A stretch of DNA of 64,000 nucleotides from Nitrospirota bacterium (GTDB lineage Bacteria; Nitrospirota; Thermodesulfovibrionia; Thermodesulfovibrionales; Dissulfurispiraceae). How positions within the stretch are numbered: the stretch's first letter is position 1; every line of letters begins with the position of its first letter. Below the pieces are notes generated by a model. It did no database searches, had not been told where the DNA came from, and worked only from the letters and a program-made list of their open reading frames with translations. This document shows positions 19,764 to 29,650 of this stretch, in pieces. Location of the stretch: assembly GCA_963710375.1 (NCBI GenBank), contig CAVPZX010000008.1, forward strand, positions 128,001 to 192,000. Reading direction: 5' to 3'. The translations under genes were made by a program, and so were the position numbers.

Positions 19764-21461
19764 TTAATCAGCATCGGCAATCTTAACCAGTGTCCCTTTT
19801 TTTGCGGCATAACGGAAAACAGTGATGCCCTTTGCCCCCTTTTCGTAGGCGAGGAGATAGGCCCGGGCAACATCCTCTTTTGTTGCCTTGTGTGGTAGGT
19901 TAATGGTCTTGGATACCGCATTATCGGTATATTCCTGGAAAGCCACCTGCATATCAATGTGGTCCTCATATGGTATTTCAAGGGCTGTCTTAAAAAGTTT
20001 TTTCACTCCTGATGGTATTTCCTTTATTCCCCTCAGATTCCCATTGCCCAACACTCTGCTCATTACGGCATCAGAATAGAACCCCTGCTTTTTTGCGATC
20101 TCAACAAAATACTTGTTTATCTCATAAAGTTCTGTATCAAGCACAAGCCTCTTGTAGGCAATGGCAAAGATAGGTTCAATACCGCTCGAACAGTCGGCAA
20201 TTGTAGAGATTGTACCAGTGGGAGCAACAGTAGTTGTCGTGGCGTTACGGACCTTCGGCATGCCGTCGGCATCGTATCTTGACCCCCTGAAGTTCGGGAA
20301 AGTGCCACGCTTCTCTGCAAGATAAACCGAGGCCTGACGCGCCGTGTCTTGTATAAACTTCATGACCATCCGGGCCAACTCAAAAGCCCTCCTGTGATCG
20401 TAAGGGATGCCCATTAGTATAAGCATATCAGCCCACCCCATAACGCCAAGTCCTATCTTTCTGTTTCCTTTATGCATTTTTTCGATTTCCGGCAAAGGAT
20501 ACCGGTTTGCATCGATGGAATCATCAAGAAATCGCACCGCAGTCTTAACCGAGTCGCCAAGAGACTCAAAATCTATTTTTCCTCCTGAAGCATAAAGTGA
20601 CAGATTTATTGAGCCGAGTACGCAGGCCTCAAATGGAAGCAGCGGCTGCTCTCCGCACGGATTAGTGCTTTCGAAAGCTCCGATAAGCGGCGTAGGGTTT
20701 GCCATGTTGATCCTGTCTATGAAGATCAGGCCAGGGTCCCCTGTTTCCCACGCGCTTTCAACAATCTCGTTAAAAACATCTTTTGCTCTGAGGCGGCCCG
20801 CTGTTGCACCTGAACGCGGATTGATCAGGTCATATTCGGCATCGCTCTTCAGCGCCCTGATAAATGCGTCCGTTATCGAAACAGAAATATTAAAGTTGGT
20901 CAATTCCCTGCTGTCCCGCTTGATCTTTATGAATTCAAGTATGTCGGGATGGTCCACGCGCAGCATCCCCATATTTGCGCCGCGCCTGGCTCCTCCCTGC
21001 TTTATCACCTCTGTAGCGGTATTGTATATCTTGATAAAAGAGACCGGACCGCTTGCAACCCCACCTGTAGACCTGACCATGTCCTTTCTAGGTCTTAATC
21101 GGGAAAAGGAGAAGCCGGTGCCGCCGCCGCTTTGAAGTATCAATGCAGCATTTTTAAGCGTATCAAAGATACTCTTCATCGAGTCTTCAACCGGCAAGAC
21201 GAAACAAGCGGCGAGCTGTCCCATGGGTTTTCCGGCGTTCATAAGCGTGGGAGAGTTAGGAAGAAATTTGAGCGATGTCATCAGCTCATAAAATTTATCC
21301 TCCCAGTACACGGCATCTTCACTGTAAAGCCTCTCTGCATCGGCCACGCAATGGGACACGCGTCTGAACATTTCTTCAGGGGTTTCGATAATGCGGGCCT
21401 TTTCGTCCTTGAGCAGATACCGCGCCTGCAGTACTTTTAAGGCGTTTTCCGATAATTGCAT
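19764..21461 (-). CDS. nrdJ: Class II (adenosylcobalamin-dependent) ribonucleotide reductase, short form
   Basis: FLPNSPTLMNAG, GGGTG..FS.LR, RRGANMG, TNPCGEQPL...ACVLGS, APTGTIS, DNAVSKTINLP. Confidence 0.9.
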   Translation of the reverse strand: MQLSENALKVLQARYLLKDEKARIIETPEEMFRRVSHCVADAERLYSEDAVYWEDKFYELMTSLKFLPNSPTLMNAGKPMGQLAACFVLPVEDSMKSIFDTLKNAALILQSGGGTGFSFSRLRPRKDMVRSTGGVASGPVSFIKIYNTATEVIKQGGARRGANMGMLRVDHPDILEFIKIKRDSRELTNFNISVSITDAFIRALKSDAEYDLINPRSGATAGRLRAKDVFNEIVESAWETGDPGLIFIDRINMANPTPLIGAFESTNPCGEQPLLPFEACVLGSINLSLYASGGKIDFESLGDSVKTAVRFLDDSIDANRYPLPEIEKMHKGNRKIGLGVMGWADMLILMGIPYDHRRAFELARMVMKFIQDTARQASVYLAEKRGTFPNFRGSRYDADGMPKVRNATTTTVAPTGTISTIADCSSGIEPIFAIAYKRLVLDTELYEINKYFVEIAKKQGFYSDAVMSRVLGNGNLRGIKEIPSGVKKLFKTALEIPYEDHIDMQVAFQEYTDNAVSKTINLPHKATKEDVARAYLLAYEKGAKGITVFRYAAKKGTLVKIADAD

Positions 21462-21485
21462 AAACAGATTATAATATAATACAAA

Positions 21486-22037
21486 ATGGATTTCATTAGT
21501 TTAATTAATAAATATTATCCTTCCGGCTCGCCGGCGTATTCCCTCTTACTTAAACACAGCAGGCTCGTCACACAAAAAGCGCTGCAGATAGCCGGCAGAG
21601 TCCGGTCGCTTGGTCCGGACCTAAGTTTTATTGAAGAGGCATCCATGCTCCATGACATAGGGATATTCCTGACAAACGCTCCGCACATAGGATGCTATGG
21701 CGACAAACCTTATATCTGTCATGGTTATCTCGGAAGAGAGATATTGGATGAGGAGGGACTGCCGGGACACGCAGTTGTATGCGAACGGCATGTCGGCGTC
21801 GGATTGACCGTAACAGATATTGAAACCGGCAATCTTCCACTTCCACTCAGAGACATGGCGCCGGTGACGCTGGAAGAAAAAATAATCTGTTTCGCTGATA
21901 AATTCTATTCAAAAGTAAAAGAAGATTCCGGGGATCAAAAGTCCATATCGCAGATCAGAAAGGAACTGCGGCGCCACGGCGAATCCAAGCTGCAACAGTT
22001 CGATGAGTGGCTCGTTTTTTTTAAAGAACCGTTATAA
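21486..22037 (+). CDS. HD-domain (HDIG) phosphohydrolase
   Basis: HS..V, MLHDIG, HG.LG, ERHVG.G, ICFADKFYSK. Confidence 0.88.
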   Translation: MDFISLINKYYPSGSPAYSLLLKHSRLVTQKALQIAGRVRSLGPDLSFIEEASMLHDIGIFLTNAPHIGCYGDKPYICHGYLGREILDEEGLPGHAVVCERHVGVGLTVTDIETGNLPLPLRDMAPVTLEEKIICFADKFYSKVKEDSGDQKSISQIRKELRRHGESKLQQFDEWLVFFKEPL

Positions 22038-22287
22038 AGTGTGAAAGATAGGTCTTGACCTGTCGGTCGATGTCAGATTAAGTATTAGTTGCATTTTGTG
22101 CACCGCGTGTTTCTCGCCTATTGGATTATTATTTTGTTACTTCCCCAAAACCGCAGTTTCATTTCCCGCAACTATATGCGGGGTACGCGTGGAAATATGG
22201 CCCCGCGCACCTTCATCAATGTCTTCCCAGAACGATGTCCTCTACGAATGCGTCCGCGAACGCCCCTGCCCGCTTTCCTTGTGAAAC

Positions 22288-23458
22288 CTAAAACGTCGGG
22301 ACCGGCATTTTACCCCAGCCGGTTTCCTTCGGCAGATCCTTCAAAGTGATTAGCGTCAGATTATGGATATCCACATCCACCATAAACTGCGGGACCCTTT
22401 CAGCGTATATTGAAAAGAAATCGTATGGCTCACTGATTGTTCCATCTGTGACCTTTAGAAAAACCAGCCTTCTTACTACTCCTTTGTTCATGTCATGAGA
22501 TCCATGGTTGAGGACGGAATGGTGCCCTGATAAGTGACTGAAAGGGTGGAATATCCAATCGAGAAACCTGATTAAGGTAACGTGTCTCCTGTAAAGTCTC
22601 CACTCATCTCCCGTATCCGCGATCATTCCCTGCATGATGTAATCCACAGGCATGAAATAGACGAGATACTTCTCATTATCTTTCAATCTTGTCCCCACCT
22701 CTTTCATAGAAAGTATATCATTCATCCTGTGCTCCATTTTTTGAGTGTCTTCTGAAAGAAGCGCCAATGCCACTACGTTTGGACTTGTCCAGAGGGGAAG
22801 GTGCCTTATTGTATAGTTTCTCAGAGAAAAGGCTCCGCCGATCGTAAATGCGGCAATCAGAACAAACAGTGCAATCTTCCCTATGACCCCTGAAGGAGAC
22901 AAACGTCTTTCGATCTTCTTTGGCAGGAACATGCCTGTTCTTTCCATATACGCCCCGTAAGTCTCCGGATGCGCTTTCAGCATTCTCCTTTCTTCGTCTT
23001 TGGAAAGGAAATAATAGAGCACTATCATTACGAGCCAGAGGGGAACGACAAGGAATCTCGGCCACAGTATGGAAAGGCCTATGCCCGCCATGGCCAATCC
23101 GACATATTGGGGGTGCCTTACGATGGAGTAGAAACCTTTCAGGGCGGTTCCTTTTTTCAGGAACTTATTCGTATATACCTGCAATGCGCAGACTGATAAA
23201 CACTGCCGCGCCGGACACGAATAGAACTGAACCCATGATCCGTATGAACTTCAGGAAATCATCAGGAGGGATAACCATGTGCGGAAGGTAAAAAGCGCTC
23301 AGCCATTTTGTGGCAGGATACTTTACGGTTTCAAGGAGAAAAGGGTTGAACACGGAATAGAAAAACCCGGCAAAGGGGCTTATCATTATCAGGATTTCAA
23401 ACCCGACAATAAAGTAAAGCACGATTGCGCTATTTGATATAACCTTTATTTTATTCAT
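22288..23458 (-). pseudogene. Isoprenylcysteine carboxylmethyltransferase/PEMT-family membrane protein with a +1 frameshift near 23194
   Basis: GFYSIVRHPQY, EE..ML...Y..Y motifs; deleting one base joins the two ORFs as ...AVFIVCALQVYTNKF; GGAGG RBS. Confidence 0.75.
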
Positions 23459-23593
23459 AATAATACCTCCGAAAATTAATTGTTAAAACATGTCATCCGT
23501 AATCGAAACGTCAAATTAGGATGGGCATAATAATGCAGGCGTCCGTCCTCATTCTTCGGTTTAGATTATGCTTATTTTTTTGCGGATGTTGGG

Positions 23594-23941
23594 TTATGTG
23601 GAAAGAATGCGGACAGGTGGTCGTAAAAGCGGCTCCAAATGCACATCGTTTACTTGGACCGATTTAATGCCAGGAGCACGGTTTATGGGAGAAAGAATTT
23701 GAAATGTGTTATTGAGGTTGCTGATGTGGATCAAAAAAAAATGATTGATATTCGAAAGATTCTTTTTAATCTGATTCTGCGCATCCGGCGGGTGTGCCTC
23801 ATTCATAGGACAATGCCGGCATAGTGAGGAGTGGGAGGAGATAAAGACTGTCTTTGCCGCCCATCCATAGGGGCAGGTATTCTGCATAACAATGGCAGCC
23901 GCGATAAGAAATATTATAATCCGAATCATCGACATTCTCAA
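23594..23941 (-). CDS. Small exported CxxC / C-terminal RPP protein (DUF2946/CruR/CutF-like)
   Basis: Hydrophobic N-terminus, H..LCRHCPM..H, C-terminal PLLRPP. Confidence 0.55.
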   Translation of the reverse strand: MRMSMIRIIIFLIAAAIVMQNTCPYGWAAKTVFISSHSSLCRHCPMNEAHPPDAQNQIKKNLSNINHFFLIHISNLNNTFQILSPINRAPGIKSVQVNDVHLEPLLRPPVRILST

Positions 23942-24126
23942 ATAATGACCCCGCTTATTCTGCGCCTAAACACGATAACACCACATCTGTCCCGCGAACA
24001 CCCACTGTCATCATTATCATACCAAAAATAAATACTTTTTATAAGCCATCCGAATTAATATAAAACATCACCAACAGCTCAGAGGCAGTATTGTTTTCCC
24101 AGAGCGAAGGTCTGCTCACTAGTGGG

Positions 24127-25407
24127 TCAGCGATGCAGCGCCCTCTCAACTGTCTTGATCGCGCAAAACTCCCCGCACATACTGCAAACTTCTTTCTCTG
24201 CCGGCGGCGCCTGGCTTCTCCAGGCCCTGACCTTCTCCGGGTTTAAACTTAACGATATCTGCCCTTCCCAGTCGAGGTTCTTTCTGAATCGCGCCATTTT
24301 CTTGTCTTTTTCAATAGCCCCAGGTACACCTTTGGCAATATCCGCTGCATGTGCGGCTATCTTTGATGCAATAACCCCTTCCCGCACATCTTCGATGTCA
24401 GGCAGCCTTATGTGCTCAGCAGGTGTCACGTAGCATAGGAAATCAGCGCCCGCAGCACCGGCAATAGCGCCCCCTATTGCCGCAGCGATGTGATCATACC
24501 CCATTGCGATATCCGTGACCAAAGGCCCCAGCACATAAAATGGCGCACCCTTGCATATCTCCTTCTGCAGCTTGACATTCAGTTCCACCTGGTTCAGCGG
24601 CACATGCCCCGGTCCTTCGATAATGGTCTGCACCCCGGCCTCAAGCGCCCTGTCCCTCAATTCTCCAAGCGTGACCAGTTCCTCAAGCTGGCTCCTGTCC
24701 GTAGCATCGGCAACGCAGCCGGGCCTGAACCCGTCTCCAAGGCTCAGGGTCAGGTCATATTTTTTCGCCATGTCCAGCAGACGGTCATACTGTTCGAAAA
24801 GCGGGTTCTCCTTATCATTATAAATCATCCACTCAAGCAGAAATGCGCCTCCCCTGCTCACCACATCAAGTATACGCTTGTCCTCTCTCAACCGTTGTAT
24901 GGCTTTCTGAGTAATACCACAATGGACAGTGATAAAATCAACACCATCCTTTGCGTGGCCCTCAATAACCTCGAAAAGGTCTTCAGGGTCCATTTTGGCA
25001 ATGTGGCCGCGTCTTTCAGCGGTCTTTACAATAGTTTCGTAGATTGGGACCGTGCCGACCGAAACAGAAGAGCGTTTGATAAGCATGTTCCTTAAATCCC
25101 GGATAGCGCCGCCGGTTGAAAGGTCCATCACCGCATCTGCACCGTGGCTTATCAGCACCTCCAGTTTTTGCAACTCATCATCATAAGACATCTTGTCCTT
25201 TGATGTGCCGATGTTTGCATTGACTTTCGTAAGCATCCCCCTGCCGATACCCAGAGGCGCAATCTCGTGAAAGACGTTCCGGGTAATTACAGAAAACCCT
25301 TCCGCAATATCACCGGCGAGTTTTTCAGGAGATAACGATTCTGCCGCAGCTACTGATTTTATCTCATCCGTGATGATGCCTTTTTTTGCAAGTTCAATTC
25401 GTGTCAT
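24127..25407 (-). CDS. thiC: Phosphomethylpyrimidine synthase
   Basis: KVNANIGTS, MDLSTGG, SRGG, EGPGH.P, YVTPAEH, CSMCGEFC. Confidence 0.96.
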   Translation of the reverse strand: MTRIELAKKGIITDEIKSVAAAESLSPEKLAGDIAEGFSVITRNVFHEIAPLGIGRGMLTKVNANIGTSKDKMSYDDELQKLEVLISHGADAVMDLSTGGAIRDLRNMLIKRSSVSVGTVPIYETIVKTAERRGHIAKMDPEDLFEVIEGHAKDGVDFITVHCGITQKAIQRLREDKRILDVVSRGGAFLLEWMIYNDKENPLFEQYDRLLDMAKKYDLTLSLGDGFRPGCVADATDRSQLEELVTLGELRDRALEAGVQTIIEGPGHVPLNQVELNVKLQKEICKGAPFYVLGPLVTDIAMGYDHIAAAIGGAIAGAAGADFLCYVTPAEHIRLPDIEDVREGVIASKIAAHAADIAKGVPGAIEKDKKMARFRKNLDWEGQISLSLNPEKVRAWRSQAPPAEKEVCSMCGEFCAIKTVERALHR

Positions 25408-25446
25408 AATTCATCTCCTTACAGTCTTTAGCTACCCGTCACCCGT

Positions 25447-25632
25447 GTTCAGTGATAAGTATATATCTCCAGAGCGAATCGCGGAGTCTTGGTAACAGTT
25501 CTCGGCGAAGTGAGCGTAAAGCAGTCGCAATGTCTGAGCCCGAAGGGCGAGTTTTGCGACTGTAGTGAACAAGCCGTTAGAACTGTCAAGACGCAGCGTC
25601 TGAGCGTAAGAGATATATACTTATCGCTGAAC
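25447..25632. mobile_element. Hairpin element family B, copy 1 (186 bp)
   Basis: Arms GTTCAGTGATAAGTATATATCTC / GAGATATATACTTATCGCTGAAC; core shared with 27461 and 29422; supplies the thiE stop. Confidence 0.8.
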
Positions 25633-26268
25633 CACCGCATCTATCATTTGCAAATAATCTTTTGCAGCCATTTCCTTTTCAGCCGCACTCAATATGCCGG
25701 TTATCACTGCTATGCCGTGAGCACCTGACTTCATCACTGCATTTATTGTGTCGAGCTTAATTCCTCCGATACCGAAAACAGGAATACCAATTTCTCCGGC
25801 AACTTTATTCAGCGCCTCCAGTCCGACCGGCGCTCCATATTTCAACTTAGAAGGGGTTAGATAAACAGGACCGAAAGTTATAAAATCTGCCCCTTCCTTT
25901 TCAGCAAGGGACGCCTCTGTTAAATTATGGGTGGAAACGCCTATGGTAAAGCCTTCACCGGCTATCTTTCTGACTGCGTAGACAGGCATGCTTTCTTGCC
26001 CGAGATGTACACCGTCTGCTCCGGCACAAAGGGCTATATCAGTACGGTCATTTACAAAAAGCTTCGCGCCGTACTCAGCGGTCAGTTTTCTCATCCGGTA
26101 TCCCACATTAAGTAATTCCCTTGTCGGCAAATCCTTCTCCCTTAGCTGTACCGCCCTGACTCCAGCCTTCAGTGCGCCTTCGATGGCATCAAAAAAAACA
26201 TCCTCGTCAGGAAACAGTGTTCCGTCAGTGATCAAGTATAGCCTGAAATCTATTTTCACTTGGCCCAT
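25621..26268 (-). CDS. thiE: Thiamine phosphate synthase
   Basis: LYLITD, VQLREK, VNDR.D.A, GVHLGQ, GVSTH, FGIGGI. Confidence 0.95.
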   Translation of the reverse strand: MGQVKIDFRLYLITDGTLFPDEDVFFDAIEGALKAGVRAVQLREKDLPTRELLNVGYRMRKLTAEYGAKLFVNDRTDIALCAGADGVHLGQESMPVYAVRKIAGEGFTIGVSTHNLTEASLAEKEGADFITFGPVYLTPSKLKYGAPVGLEALNKVAGEIGIPVFGIGGIKLDTINAVMKSGAHGIAVITGILSAAEKEMAAKDYLQMIDAVVQR

Positions 26269-26284
26269 TGACTATCGCCCGCCC

Positions 26285-27055
26285 TTAAAGCATCCCCTCC
26301 AGCGGGCTGCTCGCGGTTGCGTAAAGCTTTTTCCCCATTCTCCCTGCTTTATAAGCCAGCCGTCCGGCGATAACCGCATGCTTCATTGCAGCTGCCATTG
26401 CTACAGGGTCTTTGGCTGCTGCAATGGCAGTATTTATCAGCACCGCATCGCAGCCAAGCTCCATTGCGATCGTTGCATCGGAGGCGGTACCGACTCCCGC
26501 ATCGACCAGAACAGGGACTTTCGAGGCCTCGAGGATTATTTTTATGTTGTAGGGATTTCTAATACCCAGCCCCGAGCCTATCGGCGCTCCGAGCGGCATC
26601 ACTGCCGCAGCACCTGCATCTTCGAGCCGTCTTGCCATTATTGGGTCATCGTTAGTGTATGGGAATACAATGAAGCCCTCTTTTGCGAGTATTTCCGTTG
26701 CTTGTAAAAGCCCTATAGTATCGGGGAAGAGTGTTCGCTCATCGCCTATAACTTCGAGTTTGATCATATCGGATACGCCTGCTTCCCGGGCAAGCCGTGA
26801 ATACCTCAAGGCGTCATCAACGTTGTAGCATCCGGCAGTATTCGGCAGAATCTTGTATTTCTTAGGGTCAATGTAATCCAGAAGGTTCTCTGATTTCCTG
26901 TCAGTGATGTTCACCCTCCTCACTGAAACAGTCACCACATCAGCGCCTGAAGCTTCCACTGCTTTCACGGTTTCGGCAAAGTTTTTATATTTACCCGTAC
27001 CGATCCAGAGCCTCGATTTGAACTCGGTCCCTCTAATACTTAATATGTCATCCAC
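26285..27055 (-). CDS. thiG: Thiazole synthase
   Basis: [42 protein letters not shown] start after GGAGG. Confidence 0.96.
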   Translation of the reverse strand: MDDILSIRGTEFKSRLWIGTGKYKNFAETVKAVEASGADVVTVSVRRVNITDRKSENLLDYIDPKKYKILPNTAGCYNVDDALRYSRLAREAGVSDMIKLEVIGDERTLFPDTIGLLQATEILAKEGFIVFPYTNDDPIMARRLEDAGAAAVMPLGAPIGSGLGIRNPYNIKIILEASKVPVLVDAGVGTASDATIAMELGCDAVLINTAIAAAKDPVAMAAAMKHAVIAGRLAYKAGRMGKKLYATASSPLEGML

Positions 27056-27254
27056 GTGTGCCACCTCCGACAAAATTAACTATTTCCACAATATCTCCTT
27101 CGTGCAGCAGGTACCGTTCAAAGTCCATCCTCCTGAGCACTTTAAGGTTTACTTCAACAGCAACCCTTTCAGGCTTGATTTTCTTCTCCTGCAAAAGCTG
27201 CAACAGTGTCGCCGCCGCTGTATCGATTTCTTCACCGTTAACTTTAAGTCTCAT
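27048..27254 (-). CDS. thiS: Sulfur carrier protein ThiS with a short C-terminal extension
   Basis: [24 protein letters not shown] then TRG-stop. Confidence 0.92.
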   Translation of the reverse strand: MRLKVNGEEIDTAAATLLQLLQEKKIKPERVAVEVNLKVLRRMDFERYLLHEGDIVEIVNFVGGGTRG

Positions 27255-27290
27255 AAAAAAATCCTCTATCCCTGATGAAGGAATAGAGGA
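27255..27290 (-). terminator. Riboswitch expression platform: terminator/RBS-sequestering hairpin
   Basis: TCCTCTATTCC-loop-GGGATAGAGGA-T7 immediately before the thiS ATG. Confidence 0.75.
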
Positions 27291-27311
27291 CCCGATAGCT
27301 GCGTGCCATGT

Positions 27312-27403
27312 TCCAATTTCCTACGCCAGAATTATCTGGATCAGGTTCAAGGGGTCTTTTCGCGCAAGCGGAAAACTCTCAGACCTAAGGCCTCCCCCAT
27401 GGT
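27312..27403 (-). ncRNA. TPP riboswitch
   Basis: GGGG..CTGAGA..ACCCCTTGAACCTGATCCAGATAATTCTGGCGTAGGAA upstream of thiSGE. Confidence 0.93.
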
Positions 27404-27411
27404 ATATTTAC

Positions 27412-27441
27412 ACTATAGTATCAAAAAGCGACGTTTGTCAA
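27412..27441 (-). promoter_or_regulatory. Sigma70-type promoter of the thi operon
   Basis: TTGACA-N18-TATAGT just upstream of the riboswitch. Confidence 0.55.
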
Positions 27442-27460
27442 TTAACTTTAACTTTATTTG

Positions 27461-27706
27461 CAATTCAGACAGTGTAATGAAGAATGTGTCTCTGAAGCGA
27501 ATCGCGGAGTCTTGGTAACAGTTCTAGGCGAAGTGAGCGTAAAGCAGGCGCAATGTCTGAGCCCAAAGGGACCGGGGTCCCCAAAAAGTCGAAGACTTTA
27601 TGGGGTGGCGGAAGAGTTTTGCTCCTGCAGCGAAAAAGCCGTTAGAACTGTCAAGACGGAGCGCCTGAGCGTAAGAGGCACATTCTTCATTACACTGTCT
27701 GGATTG
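27461..27706. mobile_element. Hairpin element family B, copy 2 (246 bp, with nested 40-bp hairpin)
   Basis: Arms CAATTCAGACAGTGTAATGAAGAATGTGTCTCT / AGAGGCACATTCTTCATTACACTGTCTGGATTG. Confidence 0.8.
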
Positions 27707-27715
27707 AAGGAACTG

Positions 27716-28501
27716 TCACGTAACGTGGACTATAACTCTATCGCCTTTTTTGATACCGTATTGCTCCGCTGCATTCCCTTTATTCACAAACAGCTCCAGA
27801 TACCCTGAACTGTTCACAAGACAACTCAGACTTTTTTCTCCAGCCTGGGCATAATACTTTACAGGCTGAATAATTGCATTATTAATCTCGACAACATAAT
27901 GACCGGCAAACGACGTCAGGTCAGCACCCGTGATGTTGGTTATAGCGTTGCCGAAACTGTTGACGTAAATGACCTGTCCGGAAATACCTCCGTGCGTAAC
28001 TTCGGACCGCGGAACAGGGAAAGTGCCAAAATCTTTGGCAGGCGGCCCGAATTCTCCGGGTGGCAAGCCTTTTGAAAGCCAGGCGCCGGCAGGCGCAAAC
28101 AAATCCCTGCCCTGAAATGTAGGGCTCGCATTTGAGCGCATGTATCTTTCTTCGGTGATATATACGCCCTTCACCGGCTGTGATAAACCGAGGATATGGG
28201 AAAACACTCCGTTGTCAGGCCCGACAAAATAAAAGCCCCCATTATCGAGGATAAGGGCTTTACGTCTGGAACCGACACCGGGATCGACAACTACGATATG
28301 GATAGTTCCAGATGGGAAATAGCCAAAGCTGGAACCTATGATGTATGCAGCCTCTTCAATGTCCTGCGGCTGTATCGAATGGGTTATGTCAACAATTATA
28401 GCGTGAGGATTTATAGATAAAATGACGCCCTTCATTTCAGCTACAAATGGGTCTTTATAACCGAAATCAGTGGTCAGCGTTATGATTCGATTAAGAGTCA
28501 T
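27716..28501 (-). CDS. SAM hydroxide adenosyltransferase / chlorinase-fluorinase family (DUF62)
   Basis: [43 protein letters not shown]. Confidence 0.9.
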   Translation of the reverse strand: MTLNRIITLTTDFGYKDPFVAEMKGVILSINPHAIIVDITHSIQPQDIEEAAYIIGSSFGYFPSGTIHIVVVDPGVGSRRKALILDNGGFYFVGPDNGVFSHILGLSQPVKGVYITEERYMRSNASPTFQGRDLFAPAGAWLSKGLPPGEFGPPAKDFGTFPVPRSEVTHGGISGQVIYVNSFGNAITNITGADLTSFAGHYVVEINNAIIQPVKYYAQAGEKSLSCLVNSSGYLELFVNKGNAAEQYGIKKGDRVIVHVT

Positions 28502-29411
28502 TAGGCGTCAGGCTTCCGATTATACTATTAATATCAGAAATATTTTCTTCGATAAGAAATTTTTCTATCCCTTCGATTATCTCAACCGCAGCAGCAGGAT
28601 TGACAAAGTTTGCTGTCCCGACAGCAACCGCCCTTGCACCGGCAATCAAAAATTCCAGCGCATCGCCGGCAGTCATGACTCCTCCCATACCGATAACCGG
28701 GATGCTGACCGCCTTGCAAGTCTCCCATACCATGCGAACAGCGATAGGTCTTATGGCCGGTCCTGAAAGCCCTCCGGTATTATTTGCGAGTACAGGTTTC
28801 CGCTTCCTGATATCCACAACCATGCCGGTTATCGTATTAATTACTGATAAGGCATCGGCACCGGCATCTTCCGCCACTTTTGCCATAAGGCCGATATCAG
28901 TGACATTTGGCGAGAGCTTGACGATCAATGGGAGACTGGTGGCTTTTCTGACTTTGCCGACAACGTCGGCCATTATTTTCGGATCTGTGCCGAATACTAT
29001 CCATCCTTCCTGTTTATTTGGGCAGGATATATTCATCTCAAGGGCGTGAACCCCATCCTCGGCGCTCAATTCTTCAGCAGCCCTGACATACTCCTGGACA
29101 GTATCCCCGAAAAAATTGGCAATCACCAGCGTATCGAATTGCTTCAGGAAAGGGAGTTTGTCTTTAATGAAGGCTCTGACTCCTATATTTTGAAGACCTA
29201 TTGCATTGAGCATGCCCGCAGGAGTCTCGACAACCCGGGGCGTAGGATTCCCATCACGGGGCGTAACAGAGAGTCCTTTAACCACAATTGCGCCAAGCCT
29301 GTTTAAATCTATATATTCCGAGTACTCCTCTCCATAGCCGAACGTCCCCGAGGCCGTCATCACCGGGTTTTTCAGTTTCAGAGAGGCAATAGTTACCGAC
29401 AGGTTCACCAT
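28491..29411 (-). CDS. pyrD: Dihydroorotate dehydrogenase, class 1B catalytic subunit
   Basis: [38 protein letters not shown]. Confidence 0.95.
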   Translation of the reverse strand: MVNLSVTIASLKLKNPVMTASGTFGYGEEYSEYIDLNRLGAIVVKGLSVTPRDGNPTPRVVETPAGMLNAIGLQNIGVRAFIKDKLPFLKQFDTLVIANFFGDTVQEYVRAAEELSAEDGVHALEMNISCPNKQEGWIVFGTDPKIMADVVGKVRKATSLPLIVKLSPNVTDIGLMAKVAEDAGADALSVINTITGMVVDIRKRKPVLANNTGGLSGPAIRPIAVRMVWETCKAVSIPVIGMGGVMTAGDALEFLIAGARAVAVGTANFVNPAAAVEIIEGIEKFLIEENISDINSIIGSLTPNDS

Positions 29412-29421
29412 ATAATATCCA

Positions 29422-29650
29422 ATTGCAATTCAGACAGTATATAAATCTCTGAAGCATTAGCGGAGTTTTGGAAACAATTCTCGGCGAGTGAGCGTGAAAG
29501 TCCGGGGTCCCCAAAAGTCACAGACTTTTTGGGGTGGCGGTCAGGAGCGAAACTGACCGAAGGGAATTTTGCGACTGTAGCGAAACGAGTCGTTAGAACT
29601 GTCAAAACGGAGCGTAGCGAAAGAGATTCATACGCTGTCTGAATTGCAAT
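29422..29650. mobile_element. Hairpin element family B, copy 3 (229 bp), flanked by a 15-16 bp direct repeat
   Basis: Arms ATTGCAATTCAGACAG.. / ..CTGTCTGAATTGCAAT; TCACCATATAATATCC at 29405-29420 and 29650-29665. Confidence 0.8.

Noticed and set aside
19586..19981. ORFs running through MITE-like elements (also 9249-9464, 25449-25728, 27458-27808, 38013-38282)
   Set aside because: Translations of repeat DNA with no protein-family signal
22060..22287. Short ORFs and a GC-rich hairpin between convergent genes
   Set aside because: No recognisable protein or RNA motif
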